This document shows, one piece after another, positions 38,175 through 49,965 of a DNA stretch of 64,000 nt. The DNA is taken from positions 3,651-67,650 of the forward strand of contig JAIXSO010000007.1 in assembly GCA_027484685.1 (NCBI GenBank), written 5' to 3'. This stretch comes from Bacteroidota bacterium (GTDB taxonomy: Bacteria > Bacteroidota > Bacteroidia > UKL13-3). Below the pieces are notes generated by a model. The model ran no database searches. It saw nothing but the letters and a program-made list of their open reading frames with translations, and was not told the DNA's origin. The translations under genes and the position numbers were made by a program. Position 1 is the first letter of the stretch. Each line of letters begins with the position of its first letter.

Positions 38175-38987
38175 ATGGCAAAAATAATAGCAATAGCAAA
38201 TCAAAAAGGTGGAGTTGGTAAAACTACAACTGCCATTAATTTATCGGCAAGTTTAGCAGCTTTAGAGTTTAAAACTTTATTGGTTGATGCTGATCCTCAG
38301 GCAAATTCGGCTTCAGGAACTGGTTTCGACCCACGTGAAGTGGCAACAGGTTTGTACGAAGTTATGGTAAACGAAATTCCGGCAACCAACGCCATTGTGC
38401 CAACCGAACTTCAATACATGGATTTACTTCCATCAAACATTGACTTAGTTGGTGCTGAAATTGAGTTAGTTAATTTACCAAACAGAGAAAAACTGTTAAA
38501 ATTTGCGTTAGATACCATTAGAAAAGATTACGATTTTATCATTATTGATTGTTCGCCAAGTTTGGGTTTAATTACTACCAATGCTTTAGTAGCTAGCGAT
38601 AGTGTTATAGTTCCTGTTCAGTGTGAGTATTTTGCACTAGAGGGTTTAGGTAAGTTATTAAACACCATCAAAATTGTACAACAAAGTTTAAATACCAATT
38701 TACAAATTGAAGGTATATTATTAACCATGTACGATATGCGTTTACGCTTGAGTAATCAAGTGGTAGAAGAAGTTAAAATGCATTTCCAACAATTGGTTTT
38801 TGATACCATTATTCAACGTAATACTAAATTAAGCGAGGCTCCAAGTTTTGGCAAGCCAGTAATTTTACACGATGCAGAAAGCCGTGGCTCTATTAATTAC
38901 ATGAATTTAGCTAAAGAACTTTTAGCAAAAAATGGCATGATTGAAGGATTTAACAGTGCCAATAACGATACACAATCGTTAAACTAA
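38175..38987 (+). CDS. parA: ParA/Soj ATPase
   Basis: NQKGGVGKTTT, DADPQAN, DCSPSLG, PVQCEYFALEG, EAPSFG. Confidence 0.97.
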   Translation: MAKIIAIANQKGGVGKTTTAINLSASLAALEFKTLLVDADPQANSASGTGFDPREVATGLYEVMVNEIPATNAIVPTELQYMDLLPSNIDLVGAEIELVNLPNREKLLKFALDTIRKDYDFIIIDCSPSLGLITTNALVASDSVIVPVQCEYFALEGLGKLLNTIKIVQQSLNTNLQIEGILLTMYDMRLRLSNQVVEEVKMHFQQLVFDTIIQRNTKLSEAPSFGKPVILHDAESRGSINYMNLAKELLAKNGMIEGFNSANNDTQSLN

Positions 38988-39032
38988 TAATACACAAACC
39001 AACCAAAAAAGCAGTAGAAAGATTATAATAAA

Positions 39033-39944
39033 ATGAGTAACCCACGCAGAAACGCATTAGGCCGAGGATTAAGTGCATTGCTTGAAAATGCCGCAACTGA
39101 TATAACCACCACCGAATCGAAACCGGTTAATTCTATTAGCGAAGTACCTATTTCGCAAGTAGAAGCTAACCCTTTTCAACCAAGAACCGATTTTAAAGAA
39201 GAAGAATTAAACGAATTAGCCGAAAGCATTAAAGTACATGGTGTAATTCAGCCAATTACTGTTCGTAAAATTGGGTTTGATAGATACCAATTAATTAGTG
39301 GAGAACGCAGAACGCGTGCTTCTCGCATAGCAGGTTTAGAAAAAATTCCTGCATTTATTCGCCTAGCCGATGACCAAGGAATGCTAGAAATGGCATTGAT
39401 TGAAAACATTCAACGCGAAAATTTAAACGCCATGGAAGTAGCTTTAAGTTACAAACGCCTAATGGACGAATGTAAATTAAACCAAGAAGAGTTAGGCGAT
39501 AGAGTTGGTAAAAACCGCAGTACTGTAAATAATTACATGCGTTTATTAAAATTGCCTGATAATATTCAAGCAGCTTTAAGAGACGATAAAATTTCGATGG
39601 GACATGCACGTGCCATTATAAATATTGACAATGCCGATGAGCAACAATATTTATTCAACGAAATGATTTTGAAAGATTTATCGGTACGCCAAGTAGAAGC
39701 TATGGTACGCGAGGCAAGCGAAAGAGCTAAGCAAGACCAAACGCTAATTGAAGACGAAAAACCAAAAAGCAAAAAAGCAGCAAAACCAGCTTTAAGCGAG
39801 GTAGTAGCCGAGTTTCAAAAACTATTAACCGATAAATTTGGTAATAAAGTAAAAATTACCAACGATGAAAAAGGAAAAGGTAGCATTACCATTCCATTTA
39901 AATCGGAAAACGATTTGAACAAAATTTTAGATATGTTATCGTAA
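39033..39944 (+). CDS. parB: ParB/Spo0J
   Basis: LGRGLSALL, NPFQPR, GERRTRA, ENIQRENL, HTH. Confidence 0.97.
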   Translation: MSNPRRNALGRGLSALLENAATDITTTESKPVNSISEVPISQVEANPFQPRTDFKEEELNELAESIKVHGVIQPITVRKIGFDRYQLISGERRTRASRIAGLEKIPAFIRLADDQGMLEMALIENIQRENLNAMEVALSYKRLMDECKLNQEELGDRVGKNRSTVNNYMRLLKLPDNIQAALRDDKISMGHARAIINIDNADEQQYLFNEMILKDLSVRQVEAMVREASERAKQDQTLIEDEKPKSKKAAKPALSEVVAEFQKLLTDKFGNKVKITNDEKGKGSITIPFKSENDLNKILDMLS

Positions 39945-40026
39945 TAATTTAATTCTAAAAGTAATAAATACATTTTACTTTTGTACACTCTAATTTTTAG
40001 ATAAATTTTAAATTAATTTTTATAAT

Positions 40027-40061
40027 AATGAGCTCGGTAATTTATCGGGCTCATTCTTTTT
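40027..40061 (+). terminator. parAB terminator
   Basis: aatgagctcggta / tatcgggctcatt stem plus T-tract. Confidence 0.7.
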
Positions 40062-40330
40062 ATATTTGCTTTAATTATTTCTTTTTTATTACAAGTATTC
40101 TTTATTTTAAGTGTTTTAAACAGCTAATTTAAGTATTGAAGCTTGGATTCTTAATTGTAAAAATAACAAGCAACTATTTTATTCCGCTTTCATGCATAAT
40201 TGAGTCCAATTTATTTGAGGTAGCTTAATACCATCTATGATTTACACTAAACACATTGGCCTAATTTGAAATCAAAATGGTATTATATAACCAATTTTAA
40301 ATTATGTTTGTGTTTTAAACCCCAATAATA

Positions 40331-41554
40331 ATGACAGTAAAACGCAATGCAGCACTAGGCTTTATATTTATCACCATTTTGGTTGATGTAATTGGACTTG
40401 GAATTATTATTCCGGTGGTTCCAAAATTAATTGAAAAATTAACAGGTGAAGGTATTTCTGAAGCATCGCGCTATGGCGGTTGGTTGGTATTTTGCTTTGC
40501 AATTATGCAATTTTTGTTTTCGCCAATTTTGGGTGGATTAAGCGATAGATTTGGCAGACGACCTGTTTTATTACTTTCGCTATTGGGTTTAGGATTAGAT
40601 TATATTTTACATGCTTACGCTCCATCTATTACATGGTTATTTGTAGGGAGGTTAATAGCTGGTGTAATGGGAGCAAGTTTTACTACAGCCACAGCTTACA
40701 TAGCCGATATTAGTACACCCGAAAAACGTGCTCAAAATTTTGGTTTAATTGGTGCTGCTTTTGGTTTAGGTTTTATTATTGGGCCAATAATTGGTGGGCT
40801 TTCGGCTAAATGGGGCCCAAGCATGCCATTTTTAGTAGCTGCAAGTTTAACATTGCTTAATTTACTTTATGGTTATTTTGTATTACCAGAATCGTTATTA
40901 AAAGAAAATAGACGGAAATTTGAGTGGAAAAGAGCTAATCCAATTGGTTCGTTGGCACATTTAAAAAAATACCCAGTAGTTTCAGGCTTAATAGCATCGT
41001 TGGTGTTAATTTATATTGCTTCGCATGCTGTGCAATCAAATTGGAGCTATTTTACTATGTACAAATTTAATTGGAACGAAGAAATGGTTGGCTATTCGCT
41101 AGCTGTAGTTGGTGTTTTGGTTTCCATTGTTCAAGGTTTTTTAATTAGGGTAATTAACCCAAAATTAGGTCAAAACAAGTCCATATATTTAGGCTTATTG
41201 TTGTATGCCATTGGTTTAATTTTATTTGGCTTAGCTTGGAAGGATTGGATGATGTTTGCTTTTTTAATTCCTTATTGCCTTGGAGGAATAGCAGGCCCAG
41301 CTATACAAGGTTTAATATCGAACCAAGTGCCTCCAACTGAACAAGGTGAATTACAAGGAGCTTTAACAAGTTTAATAAGCCTTACCTCTATTATTGGCCC
41401 ACTTATAATGAATAATTTATTTGCTTATGCCACTGCAAAAGATTCATTGTTCTTTTTACCAGGAGCTCCATTCTTTTTAGCTGCATTGCTTATTTTTATA
41501 AGTGGCTTTTTAGCTTTAAAAACTTTATCGAAACATCGTTTCAAAAAAGCATAA
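40331..41554 (+). CDS. TCR/Tet-family MFS transporter (DHA1)
   Basis: [14 protein letters not shown] motif [22 protein letters not shown]; substrate unknown. Confidence 0.92.
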   Translation: MTVKRNAALGFIFITILVDVIGLGIIIPVVPKLIEKLTGEGISEASRYGGWLVFCFAIMQFLFSPILGGLSDRFGRRPVLLLSLLGLGLDYILHAYAPSITWLFVGRLIAGVMGASFTTATAYIADISTPEKRAQNFGLIGAAFGLGFIIGPIIGGLSAKWGPSMPFLVAASLTLLNLLYGYFVLPESLLKENRRKFEWKRANPIGSLAHLKKYPVVSGLIASLVLIYIASHAVQSNWSYFTMYKFNWNEEMVGYSLAVVGVLVSIVQGFLIRVINPKLGQNKSIYLGLLLYAIGLILFGLAWKDWMMFAFLIPYCLGGIAGPAIQGLISNQVPPTEQGELQGALTSLISLTSIIGPLIMNNLFAYATAKDSLFFLPGAPFFLAALLIFISGFLALKTLSKHRFKKA

Positions 41555-41571
41555 TCAAAAACTAATTAAAT

Positions 41572-41607
41572 AAAAAAGGCTTGTTTTTTCTAAAACAAGC
41601 CTTTTTT
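41572..41607. terminator. Bidirectional terminator
   Basis: aaaaaaggcttgtttt / aaaacaagcctttttt between convergent genes. Confidence 0.85.
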
Positions 41608-41631
41608 ATATAAATGATTATCAATAACTTA

Positions 41632-42381
41632 CTATTTAGCCATATTGCTTTCAATAACTTTTAATAAATCGGCTTTGGTAATTAAACCAATATTGGTGTA
41701 AACACGTTTACCGTTTTTATAAAGAATTAGGGTTGGCAATTCTTCTACATTTAAGTTTTTTACTATTTCTTGGCTTTCGTCAGCATTTACTTTTATAAAT
41801 GTTAATTTATCTTTTTTCTCTTCAGCTATTTCGGCTAAGTAAGGAGCCATTTTTTTACATGGGCCACACCATGGTGCATATACATCAACCAATACCAATT
41901 GATTATCTGCAATTTGTTTATTTAAGTCGGCTAACGATAAGCCTGTAGTTGCAGGTTTTACTGGTTCATTTCCAGTAACCGAAATTGGTTTCGTAGCATT
42001 GCGCCAAGCATTCATACCGCCTTTTAAATCATATACTTGGGCAAAACCCATCTCTTTTAATTTATTGGCTGCACTTGCGCTTCGGCCTCCAGCTAAACAA
42101 TATACATATACTGGTTTGGTTTTATCTAATTTGGCTGCTTCAGCAGCAAAGTTATCGCCATTCCAATCAATGTTTTTTGCAGTTCCAATAAAACCTTCGG
42201 CATATTCTCCTGGGGTTCTTACATCAATTAATTGAATATTTTTATCGGCATTAATATTTTGCTCAAATGCATTTACATCAAGCTTTCCACCAGCTCCATT
42301 GGCATTATTTTGGCAAGATGAAATATTGATAACAAAAAATAGCGCTATAACGGCTGTGGTAAAAAATTTAATAATTTTCAT
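41632..42381 (-). CDS. Rhodanese-thioredoxin fusion lipoprotein
   Basis: Lipobox ISSC, DVRTPGEY, YCLAGGRS, WCGPC. Confidence 0.9.
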   Translation of the reverse strand: MKIIKFFTTAVIALFFVINISSCQNNANGAGGKLDVNAFEQNINADKNIQLIDVRTPGEYAEGFIGTAKNIDWNGDNFAAEAAKLDKTKPVYVYCLAGGRSASAANKLKEMGFAQVYDLKGGMNAWRNATKPISVTGNEPVKPATTGLSLADLNKQIADNQLVLVDVYAPWCGPCKKMAPYLAEIAEEKKDKLTFIKVNADESQEIVKNLNVEELPTLILYKNGKRVYTNIGLITKADLLKVIESNMAK

Positions 42382-42383
42382 TT

Positions 42384-43799
42384 TTATAATAAAGTTAAAG
42401 GCGCAATATAATTGGTTTTGGGAACACTTGTTTTTGAAATTTCGGTAAATCCTCCAATTACATCCACAAAATTATTCCAACCTCTTTGTTTTAAAATAGA
42501 TGCAGCCACCATACTTCTATATCCACCAGCACAATGTAAAATAAATGGCTTATCTTTAGGAAACTCAGCCAAATGGTTGTTAATTTTTGCTAATGGAATA
42601 TTTAACGCCCCAATTACATGGCTTGACTCAAACTCGCTTGCTTTTCTAACATCAATAACCAAAGTATTTTTTGTTTTATAAATTTGCTCAAATTCTTGAG
42701 CTGTAATTCGGTTTATTATGTCAAATTCATGACCGCTATTTTTCCAAATATTAAATCCACCATCTAAAAAACCAATGGTTTTATCGTAACCAACGCGTGC
42801 TAGCCTAATAATGGTTTCTTCTTCGCGGCCTTTATCAGTTACAATAATAATTTTTTGGTTTATATCGCTTATTAAATCGCCAACCCACATAGCAAAGTTA
42901 CTGTCTAAGCCAATATTTATGCTCAAAGGCACACTTCCCTCGCTGTAATCATTTGCGTTTCGTGTGTCTAAAACCAGCACATCATCTTGTTTTGACAATA
43001 ATTCAAAAGCCGAAATAGTAAGTGGTTGCATACCACGTTTTATTATTTCGTCAATACTTTCGTAACCATTAATGTTTAACAATACATTTTTAGGAAAATA
43101 AGCCGGTGGAGTGGTTAAACCAGTTAATACCTCTTTTATAAACTCTTCTTTGGTCATATTAGGGCGAAGTGCATAGTTGAATTTCTTTTGATTCCCAAGG
43201 GTGTCAACCGTTTGTTTGCTCATCATTTTACCGCAGGCACTGCCAGCTCCGTGATTAGGATAAATTACCAAATCATCGCTCAATGGCATAATTTTATTTC
43301 TTAACGAATCGTATAAATGACTTGCTAAAATTTCTTCAGTTAAATCGGCAATAACGTGTTGCGCTAAATCAGGCCTGCCTACATCGCCAATGAACAAAGT
43401 ATCGCCAGTTATTAAACCTTTTTCTTGGTTATTTTCATCAATCAATAAATAACAAGTACTTTCCAAAGTATGTCCTGGAGTATGAATTACTTTTATTTTA
43501 CAACTCCCTACTTCAAACATTTGATTATCCTCAGCTACAATTGCTGCAAAATTAGGTTTTGCAGTTGGGCCATAAACAATCAAAGCATTGGCTTTTTTAG
43601 CTAAATCAATATGCCCCGATACAAAATCGGCATGAAAATGTGTTTCGAAAATATATTTTATTTTGGCGTTATCGTGTTTGGCTTTTTCCAGATAAGGAGC
43701 CACCTCACGTAATGGATCAAAAATAGCTGCTTCGCCATTACTTTCAATATAATATGCTGCGTGAGCCAAACATCCTGTGTATATTTGATTAATAATCAT
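42384..43799 (-). CDS. MBL-fold persulfide dioxygenase-like protein with two rhodanese domains
   Basis: ETHFHADFVSG, HTPGHT, GDTLFIGDVGRPDL, HGAGSACGK, HCAGGYRS. Confidence 0.92.
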   Translation of the reverse strand: MIINQIYTGCLAHAAYYIESNGEAAIFDPLREVAPYLEKAKHDNAKIKYIFETHFHADFVSGHIDLAKKANALIVYGPTAKPNFAAIVAEDNQMFEVGSCKIKVIHTPGHTLESTCYLLIDENNQEKGLITGDTLFIGDVGRPDLAQHVIADLTEEILASHLYDSLRNKIMPLSDDLVIYPNHGAGSACGKMMSKQTVDTLGNQKKFNYALRPNMTKEEFIKEVLTGLTTPPAYFPKNVLLNINGYESIDEIIKRGMQPLTISAFELLSKQDDVLVLDTRNANDYSEGSVPLSINIGLDSNFAMWVGDLISDINQKIIIVTDKGREEETIIRLARVGYDKTIGFLDGGFNIWKNSGHEFDIINRITAQEFEQIYKTKNTLVIDVRKASEFESSHVIGALNIPLAKINNHLAEFPKDKPFILHCAGGYRSMVAASILKQRGWNNFVDVIGGFTEISKTSVPKTNYIAPLTLL

Positions 43800-43851
43800 T
43801 TTATGTAAATATTTATTTACACAAATTTCAACTCAAATAATTGAATAACGA

Positions 43852-43865
43852 TTGACGAGAGTCAA
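43852..43865. promoter_or_regulatory. Fnr/Crp-type box
   Basis: Perfect TTGAC-gaga-GTCAA ~55 nt upstream of the MBL-rhodanese ATG. Confidence 0.65.
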
Positions 43866-43893
43866 GTATTTTAATAAATTATACTATCAAAAT

Positions 43894-45633
43894 TTAGTTT
43901 TTTACAAACTGAATATAAAATGTAGTACCCACCCCAACTTCGCTTTCTACATGTATTTTACCACCAGTTTTATTTAAAAAATCTTTGCAAAGCAATAAAC
44001 CCAAGCCTGTTCCTTTTTCATTATCGGTACCAAGTGTGGTAAAGGTTTCAGAACCAAATAGTTTTTTCACCTTGTCAGCAGTCATACCAATGCCTGTATC
44101 TTTGAAAATAACCGTTTCTTCATCATTGATAACTTGTGTTGAAACAACGATTGAATCTCCAGATTTACAAAACTTAATAGCATTTGAAAATAAATTTCTA
44201 AACACCAATTGCACTGTATTTCTATCGGCATTTAATAAATAATCGCTTGCTATATTATTTACTATCTGTATGTTTTTCTCAGATGATAGTTTGTTAAAGA
44301 ATAATATTTCGCCATTTACCAAATTCTGCAATAATATTTGTTCTACCATTATTTTTACAGCATCTATTTGACTTTTTGACCAATTGAGCAAATTTTCTAG
44401 CAAAGTAGAAGTATAATCAACATTTTCGGTCAATTTAGGCAAATATTGTTTAAACTCCTCAGGCGAAAGCTCGTCTTCGCTTACAATACGAAGCATACTT
44501 ACCAAACTAGCAAATGGTGCTTTTAAATCGTGGGCTATAATTGAAAATAACTTATCCTTTAATTTATTGAGTTCTTCTAACTGCTGAGTTTGTTTTTCTA
44601 ATTTTTCTTTAGCTAACTCACTTTCGGTTATATCTCTAAATATTAATAAATTACCTTTATAAACACCTTTCATAGGGTTTATTTCTCCTACAGTAATATC
44701 AAAAATACGGCTATGTGTACTTAAGATAAAATGCTTACCATTAGCTACTTGTAATTCATCTTTCAGTAGATTACTTTGTTCAATAATATCCAATATATTC
44801 TTCCCAATAATATCTGTATCTATTGTATTTAAAAACTTTAAAACTACAGCATTCACATCTAAAATTCGATACTGCCAATCAATAACAATAACGCCTTCGC
44901 TCATATTTTCAATTACTTTTTCTCTAGCTATTGGAATTAAATTAAATAAACTATGTCTTAATAAAGAAAATGCAATAGTTGAAGAAGTAATGATAAAAGC
45001 ATAAGGAGTTAAATCAATATGACCAAAAGGCCTATAACCTACTATGTATACTAAATTGGTTATCCAAGGAATTAATGCTGCAAAAATGATAGAAATATAT
45101 TGCTTTCTATAAATAAAATATCCTTTAATCAATGTATTTATTAGTAAATAAATACCTAAAATAAGCATAAAGTAAAAATAGACGGTATGAATTATATATA
45201 CTATACCTGGTGTAATGGAAAGCAGTGGAATACCTCCAGAATTATCAATTGCTACATTTTTATAATGTAAATGATGATAATCATTGGTAAGAACAAGTAC
45301 AAATTCAATAATGGAGAAAATGAATATTAAATACATACTTCCCTTGGCTAACCATTCGGATTTATTGATAAATTTGAGTACGAAAACAATCCAAAGAGCC
45401 GGCAAAAATGAAATACCTAAATACTCCAACTTTATAAAAAATAACATTTGCTCTAAATTTGAACTAGCTAACTCAAAAGCATAAGCAATACTCCAAACGG
45501 AAATAAAAAACATTAAAGAAGAAAACCACTTTACAACTCCACCAATGCGTTGAAAAAGAACAACTGCTAAAAATAAATTAGCACTTCCAATTATTAATAA
45601 AACTAAAGCAAAAATATTAAATTCAAAACTCAT
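43894..45633 (-). CDS. 7TM (HisKA_7TM) PAS sensor histidine kinase
   Basis: N-terminal TM helices, PAS, IIAHDLKAP, NLFSNAIKF, DTGIGM, GTGLGL, GTTF. Confidence 0.92.
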   Translation of the reverse strand: MSFEFNIFALVLLIIGSANLFLAVVLFQRIGGVVKWFSSLMFFISVWSIAYAFELASSNLEQMLFFIKLEYLGISFLPALWIVFVLKFINKSEWLAKGSMYLIFIFSIIEFVLVLTNDYHHLHYKNVAIDNSGGIPLLSITPGIVYIIHTVYFYFMLILGIYLLINTLIKGYFIYRKQYISIIFAALIPWITNLVYIVGYRPFGHIDLTPYAFIITSSTIAFSLLRHSLFNLIPIAREKVIENMSEGVIVIDWQYRILDVNAVVLKFLNTIDTDIIGKNILDIIEQSNLLKDELQVANGKHFILSTHSRIFDITVGEINPMKGVYKGNLLIFRDITESELAKEKLEKQTQQLEELNKLKDKLFSIIAHDLKAPFASLVSMLRIVSEDELSPEEFKQYLPKLTENVDYTSTLLENLLNWSKSQIDAVKIMVEQILLQNLVNGEILFFNKLSSEKNIQIVNNIASDYLLNADRNTVQLVFRNLFSNAIKFCKSGDSIVVSTQVINDEETVIFKDTGIGMTADKVKKLFGSETFTTLGTDNEKGTGLGLLLCKDFLNKTGGKIHVESEVGVGTTFYIQFVKN

Positions 45634-45666
45634 TAATCACATAACTAACCACAAAATATAACTAAG

Positions 45667-46773
45667 TTATTTATTTTGCTTACCCAATAACTCCTCTATT
45701 TCTTGTTCAATTTCGTTAGCATCTGCATCAATATCTGTAATGATATGGCGATAAATATAAACAGGTAATTGACCTAAAATAATAGCCATACCAACAATTA
45801 CAGAGCCTAACAATAAAATATCATTTTTACGTAATATAAATGCAACTGTAATAAATAAAACATTAGTAGCGTATAAAGTAAAACTTACTTGAGCATGAGA
45901 AAGTCCAATTTTTATCAACCAATGATGAATATGGTTTCTATCTGCTTTAAAAGGAGATTGTTTATTTAATATTCTAATGATAAAAACACGAAGCGTATCG
46001 TATAAAGGAACTATAAGTACTGCTATAGCTAACACAGGTGCTGTATTTAAAGTCAAATCAACAGAATGAGGGACATTTCCAAATTCAATAAACTTAATGG
46101 TAAATACCGAAATTAAAAAACCAATGGTAAGCGAACCTGCATCGCCCATAAAAATTTTAGCTGGGGCAAAGTTATAAAACAAGAAACCAAAAATAGAGCC
46201 AGCTAAAGCAAAACTAATAGAAGCCCAAGCATATTCACCAATTAAATAAAACCATATAGAGTATGATAAAGAAATAATAAATCCTAATCCCCCAGCTAAT
46301 CCATCCACACCATCAATTAGATTAAAGGCATTTGTTATAACAATTAAAGTAAACATACTTATTGGAATACTAACAAGAACAGGTACATCGTAAATGCCAA
46401 ATATACCTTGAAAATTAGTTATACGTAAACCTTCAACAGCACATACCAAAGTGGCTGAAAAAATTTGCATAACCAACTTGTTAACAGGGGAAAGCATAAT
46501 AATATCATCTTTCAAACCCGAAAAAAACAAAATAATTAAACCTGCGGAAAGATATTGTAATCTAGGCATATCCGCACCACCCCAAATACAAATCGAGATA
46601 GCAAATGATGCAAATATAGCTAAACCACCGAGTCTGGGAATTTTACTAGTATGCAATTTTCTATCACTATGAGAGTCATACAAACCTTTTAATTTTGCTA
46701 TTGTAATAATGGAAGGAATACCGAATAAAACAATAAAAAAAGCTGTAATAAAAATGAGTGTAGTATTTAACAT
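45667..46773 (-). CDS. WecA/TagO (MraY-family) undecaprenyl-P GlcNAc-1-P transferase
   Basis: RKLH...PRLGG, KDD, NAFNLIDGVDGL, FMGDAGS, DRNHIHH. Confidence 0.92.
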   Translation of the reverse strand: MLNTTLIFITAFFIVLFGIPSIITIAKLKGLYDSHSDRKLHTSKIPRLGGLAIFASFAISICIWGGADMPRLQYLSAGLIILFFSGLKDDIIMLSPVNKLVMQIFSATLVCAVEGLRITNFQGIFGIYDVPVLVSIPISMFTLIVITNAFNLIDGVDGLAGGLGFIISLSYSIWFYLIGEYAWASISFALAGSIFGFLFYNFAPAKIFMGDAGSLTIGFLISVFTIKFIEFGNVPHSVDLTLNTAPVLAIAVLIVPLYDTLRVFIIRILNKQSPFKADRNHIHHWLIKIGLSHAQVSFTLYATNVLFITVAFILRKNDILLLGSVIVGMAIILGQLPVYIYRHIITDIDADANEIEQEIEELLGKQNK

Positions 46774-46821
46774 ATGTTATAAATAGAAAACAAATAACAA
46801 TAATTTTATGAAAAAAAAAAG

Positions 46822-46863
46822 AAAAAAAAAAAGTCCTGACTATCAAACTGATAATTAGGACTT
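46822..46863 (-). terminator. Alpha-operon terminator
   Basis: aagtcctgactatca / tgataattaggactt stem with long T-tract after rplQ. Confidence 0.8.
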
Positions 46864-46882
46864 AAATTTCATTTATTCGAAA

Positions 46883-47350
46883 TTATTCTGCAGAAGGGGT
46901 AGTTTCTGTTGTAACTGTATCTTCCTTTTTAGTTCTTCCACGTCTAGTTTTCTTAGCAGTAGATTTAGCAGCTTTCATTGATAACATAGCCTCATTGAAA
47001 TCAACTAATTCAATAATTGCCATTTCAGCATTGTCACCTTGACGATTCATTAATTTTAAAATTCGTAAGTATCCACCTGGTCTGTCAGCGATCTTAGCAG
47101 CAACTGGTCCAAATAATTCCTTTACAGCTTCAGCTTGTTTCAAGTATGAAAATACTGTTCTACGGCTATGAGTAGAGTCATTTTTAGATTTAGTTATTAA
47201 AGGCTCAGCATATAATCTTAATGCTTTAGCTTTAGCTAAAGTTGTAGTAATTCTTTTATGCAAAATCAATGATGAAGCCATATTAGCCAACATTGCTTTT
47301 CTGTGAGGTGCAGTTCTACCTAAATGATTAAGTTTGTTTCCGTGTCTCAT
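46883..47350 (-). CDS. rplQ: 50S ribosomal protein L17
   Basis: [16 protein letters not shown]; synteny. Confidence 0.98.
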   Translation of the reverse strand: MRHGNKLNHLGRTAPHRKAMLANMASSLILHKRITTTLAKAKALRLYAEPLITKSKNDSTHSRRTVFSYLKQAEAVKELFGPVAAKIADRPGGYLRILKLMNRQGDNAEMAIIELVDFNEAMLSMKAAKSTAKKTRRGRTKKEDTVTTETTPSAE

Positions 47351-47380
47351 TTTTTTAATATTTATATCGTATCCCTACGA

Positions 47381-48373
47381 TTAGTCTTCGTTTAATTTAA
47401 ATTTTGCTACGTCCATTCCAAAGGTTAAACCTTTATCACGAACTAATTCTTCTAATTCAGATAATGATTTCTTACCGAAATTTCTAAATTTCAATAAATC
47501 AGCAATATCAAAACTAACTAATTCAGAAAGTGATTTAATATCAGCAGCTTTTAAACAATTATAAGCACGAACTGACAAATCTAAATCAGATAATGGCGTT
47601 TTTAAAATCTTTCTGATATGTAAAAGATTTTCATCAACCTCTTGAGGAACTTCTTTAACTTGTGTGTCTAAAGTAATTAACTCATCACTGAATAACATAA
47701 AGTGTTGAATTAATATTTTTGCTGCTTCTTTCAAAGCTTCCTCTGGATGAATTGAACCATCAGTACTGATTTCAATATTTAATTTTTCGTAATCAGTTTT
47801 TTGTTCAACACGATAATCTTCTACAGAAAATTTTACATTTATAATAGGAGTAAAAATTGCATCAATAGGTATCACACCTACTACTGAATCTTTATTTCTA
47901 TTTTCATCAGCAGGTAAATATCCACGACCTTTTTCTACAACTAATTCAATTTCTAAATGAACAAAACTTTCCATGTTACAAATTACCAACTCAGGGTTAA
48001 GTATCTTGTAAGCATTGGTATGCTTTGCTATATCACCAGCTGTAAATTGTTCTTGTCCTTTAATGTTAATGTAAATCTTTTCGTTATCTACACCATCCAT
48101 AGTACGTTTAAAACGAACTCGTTTTAAATTTAGAACTATTTCGGTAACATCTTCAATGACACCTTTTATCGTAGAAAATTCATGATCAACACCGGTAATT
48201 TTAACTGAAGTTATAGCGTAACCTTCAAGTGAAGACAATAAAATTCTTCTTAAAGAGTTACCAATAGTAACTCCGTATCCTTTTTCAAGAGGACGGAATT
48301 CGAACTGACCAAAAAAGTCAGTATCTTTATGCATGATAACCTTGTCAGGCTTTTGAAAAGCAAGTATTGCCAT
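47381..48373 (-). CDS. rpoA: RNA polymerase alpha subunit
   Basis: [37 protein letters not shown]. Confidence 0.99.
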   Translation of the reverse strand: MAILAFQKPDKVIMHKDTDFFGQFEFRPLEKGYGVTIGNSLRRILLSSLEGYAITSVKITGVDHEFSTIKGVIEDVTEIVLNLKRVRFKRTMDGVDNEKIYINIKGQEQFTAGDIAKHTNAYKILNPELVICNMESFVHLEIELVVEKGRGYLPADENRNKDSVVGVIPIDAIFTPIINVKFSVEDYRVEQKTDYEKLNIEISTDGSIHPEEALKEAAKILIQHFMLFSDELITLDTQVKEVPQEVDENLLHIRKILKTPLSDLDLSVRAYNCLKAADIKSLSELVSFDIADLLKFRNFGKKSLSELEELVRDKGLTFGMDVAKFKLNED

Positions 48374-48397
48374 TTATAATATTCTTTTTTTAATTTA

Positions 48398-49009
48398 CTA
48401 TTTAGAGTATAACTCTACAATTAATTGTTCTTTGATATTTTCTGGAACTTGATCACGCTCAGGTAAAGCTAAAAAAGTACCTGACATCGAAGCATTATCC
48501 CATGATAACCAATTGAAGCGCTTTGCGTTTGAATTAGCTAAACTTGAAGAAATAACTTCAACAGATTTAGATTTTTCTCTAACTGCAACTACATCACCTG
48601 GTTTTAAAGTATAAGAGGAAATATTAACAACTTTACCATTCACAGTAACGTGTCTGTGACCAACAATTTGACGAGCAGCAGCTCTAGTTGGAGCAATCCC
48701 TAAACGGTAAACTGTATTATCTAAACGTGCTTCTAAAAACTTAATCAAATTCTCACCTGTAACACCTTTACGTCTTACAGCTTCCTCAAATATTTTGTAG
48801 AACTGACGCTCTAAAACACCATAAGTATATTTTACTTTTTGTTTTTCGCCCAACTGAATAGCATATTCAGTTTGTTTAGTTCTTCGTCTAGCATTACCGT
48901 GCTGTCCAGGAGGCACAGTACTACGTTTTTCGTAATATTTATCGCTTCCAAAAATCGGATCTTTAAAGCGTCTTGCTATTTTGGTTTTTGGACCTATATA
49001 TCTTGCCAT
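48398..49009 (-). CDS. rpsD: 30S ribosomal protein S4
   Basis: [21 protein letters not shown]. Confidence 0.98.
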   Translation of the reverse strand: MARYIGPKTKIARRFKDPIFGSDKYYEKRSTVPPGQHGNARRRTKQTEYAIQLGEKQKVKYTYGVLERQFYKIFEEAVRRKGVTGENLIKFLEARLDNTVYRLGIAPTRAAARQIVGHRHVTVNGKVVNISSYTLKPGDVVAVREKSKSVEVISSSLANSNAKRFNWLSWDNASMSGTFLALPERDQVPENIKEQLIVELYSK

Positions 49010-49030
49010 TTTGTATTCTTATTTAAATGA

Positions 49031-49423
49031 TTATACTCTTCTGCTTTTTGGAGGACGACAACCGTTGTGAGGTAATGGTGTAATATCTTTAATAGATAGA
49101 ACCTCTAAACCGCTAGCTTGCAAAGTACGGATCGCACTTTCTCTTCCACTTCCAGGTCCTTTAACAAAAACATCAATTTTTTTCATACCAGCATCTACAG
49201 CAACTTTAGCACATTCTGAAGCAGCAGTTTGAGCAGCATATGGAGTATTTTTCTTTGAACCTCTAAATCCCATTTTACCGGCAGAACCCCATGACACAAC
49301 TTGACCAGTTGCATTGGTAATAGAGATAATTATATTATTAAAAGAAGCTTTAATATGAGCTTGACCATGTGTGTCAATCACAACAACTCTTTTTTTACTA
49401 ACTTTTTTATTATTTGTAGCCAT
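49031..49423 (-). CDS. rpsK: 30S ribosomal protein S11
   Basis: [23 protein letters not shown]. Confidence 0.98.
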   Translation of the reverse strand: MATNNKKVSKKRVVVIDTHGQAHIKASFNNIIISITNATGQVVSWGSAGKMGFRGSKKNTPYAAQTAASECAKVAVDAGMKKIDVFVKGPGSGRESAIRTLQASGLEVLSIKDITPLPHNGCRPPKSRRV

Positions 49424-49444
49424 TATTTCTTTTTATGCTATTTA

Positions 49445-49822
49445 TTATTTAGTAACTTTCTTTTTACCTGCTACTGTTTTACGTTTGCCTTTTCTAGTAC
49501 GTGAATTGGTTTTAGTTCTTTGTCCACGAACTGGTAAACCTTTACGATGACGAAGACCACGATAACAACCAATATCTAACAAACGTTTAATATTTAATTG
49601 TTTTTCTGATCTTAATTCACCCTCAACTGTAATAAAATCAGTAATGTGTTTACGAATTGCACTCAATTCATCATCACTCCACTCACTTACTTTTTTATTA
49701 ACGTCAATATTATTAGAATTTAATATTAACGTAGCAGTTGAACGTCCAATTCCGTAAATATAGGTTAAACCTATTTCACCTCTTTTATTTTTTGGTAAAT
49801 CTATACCTGATATACGAGCCAT
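49445..49822 (-). CDS. rpsM: 30S ribosomal protein S13
   Basis: [23 protein letters not shown]. Confidence 0.98.
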   Translation of the reverse strand: MARISGIDLPKNKRGEIGLTYIYGIGRSTATLILNSNNIDVNKKVSEWSDDELSAIRKHITDFITVEGELRSEKQLNIKRLLDIGCYRGLRHRKGLPVRGQRTKTNSRTRKGKRKTVAGKKKVTK

Positions 49823-49831
49823 ATTATATTA

Positions 49832-49948
49832 TTATCCTTGACGTTGTTTAAACTTTGGGTTCTTTTTGTTAATTACGTAAACTCTACCTTTACGTTTTAC
49901 AATTACACAATCCTCGCTGCGTTTCTTTACAGAAGCTCTTACTTTCAT
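49832..49948 (-). CDS. rpmJ: 50S ribosomal protein L36 (zinc-ribbon-less type)
   Basis: Hand translation [38 protein letters not shown]; below the ORF-track cutoff. Confidence 0.97.
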   Translation of the reverse strand: MKVRASVKKRSEDCVIVKRKGRVYVINKKNPKFKQRQG

Positions 49949-49965
49949 TTCTTCTATTTATTTTT

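Noticed and set aside
40331-41554. Acquired tetracycline-resistance gene
   Set aside because: Family-level similarity only; no tetR or mobile context, and the substrate cannot be inferred.
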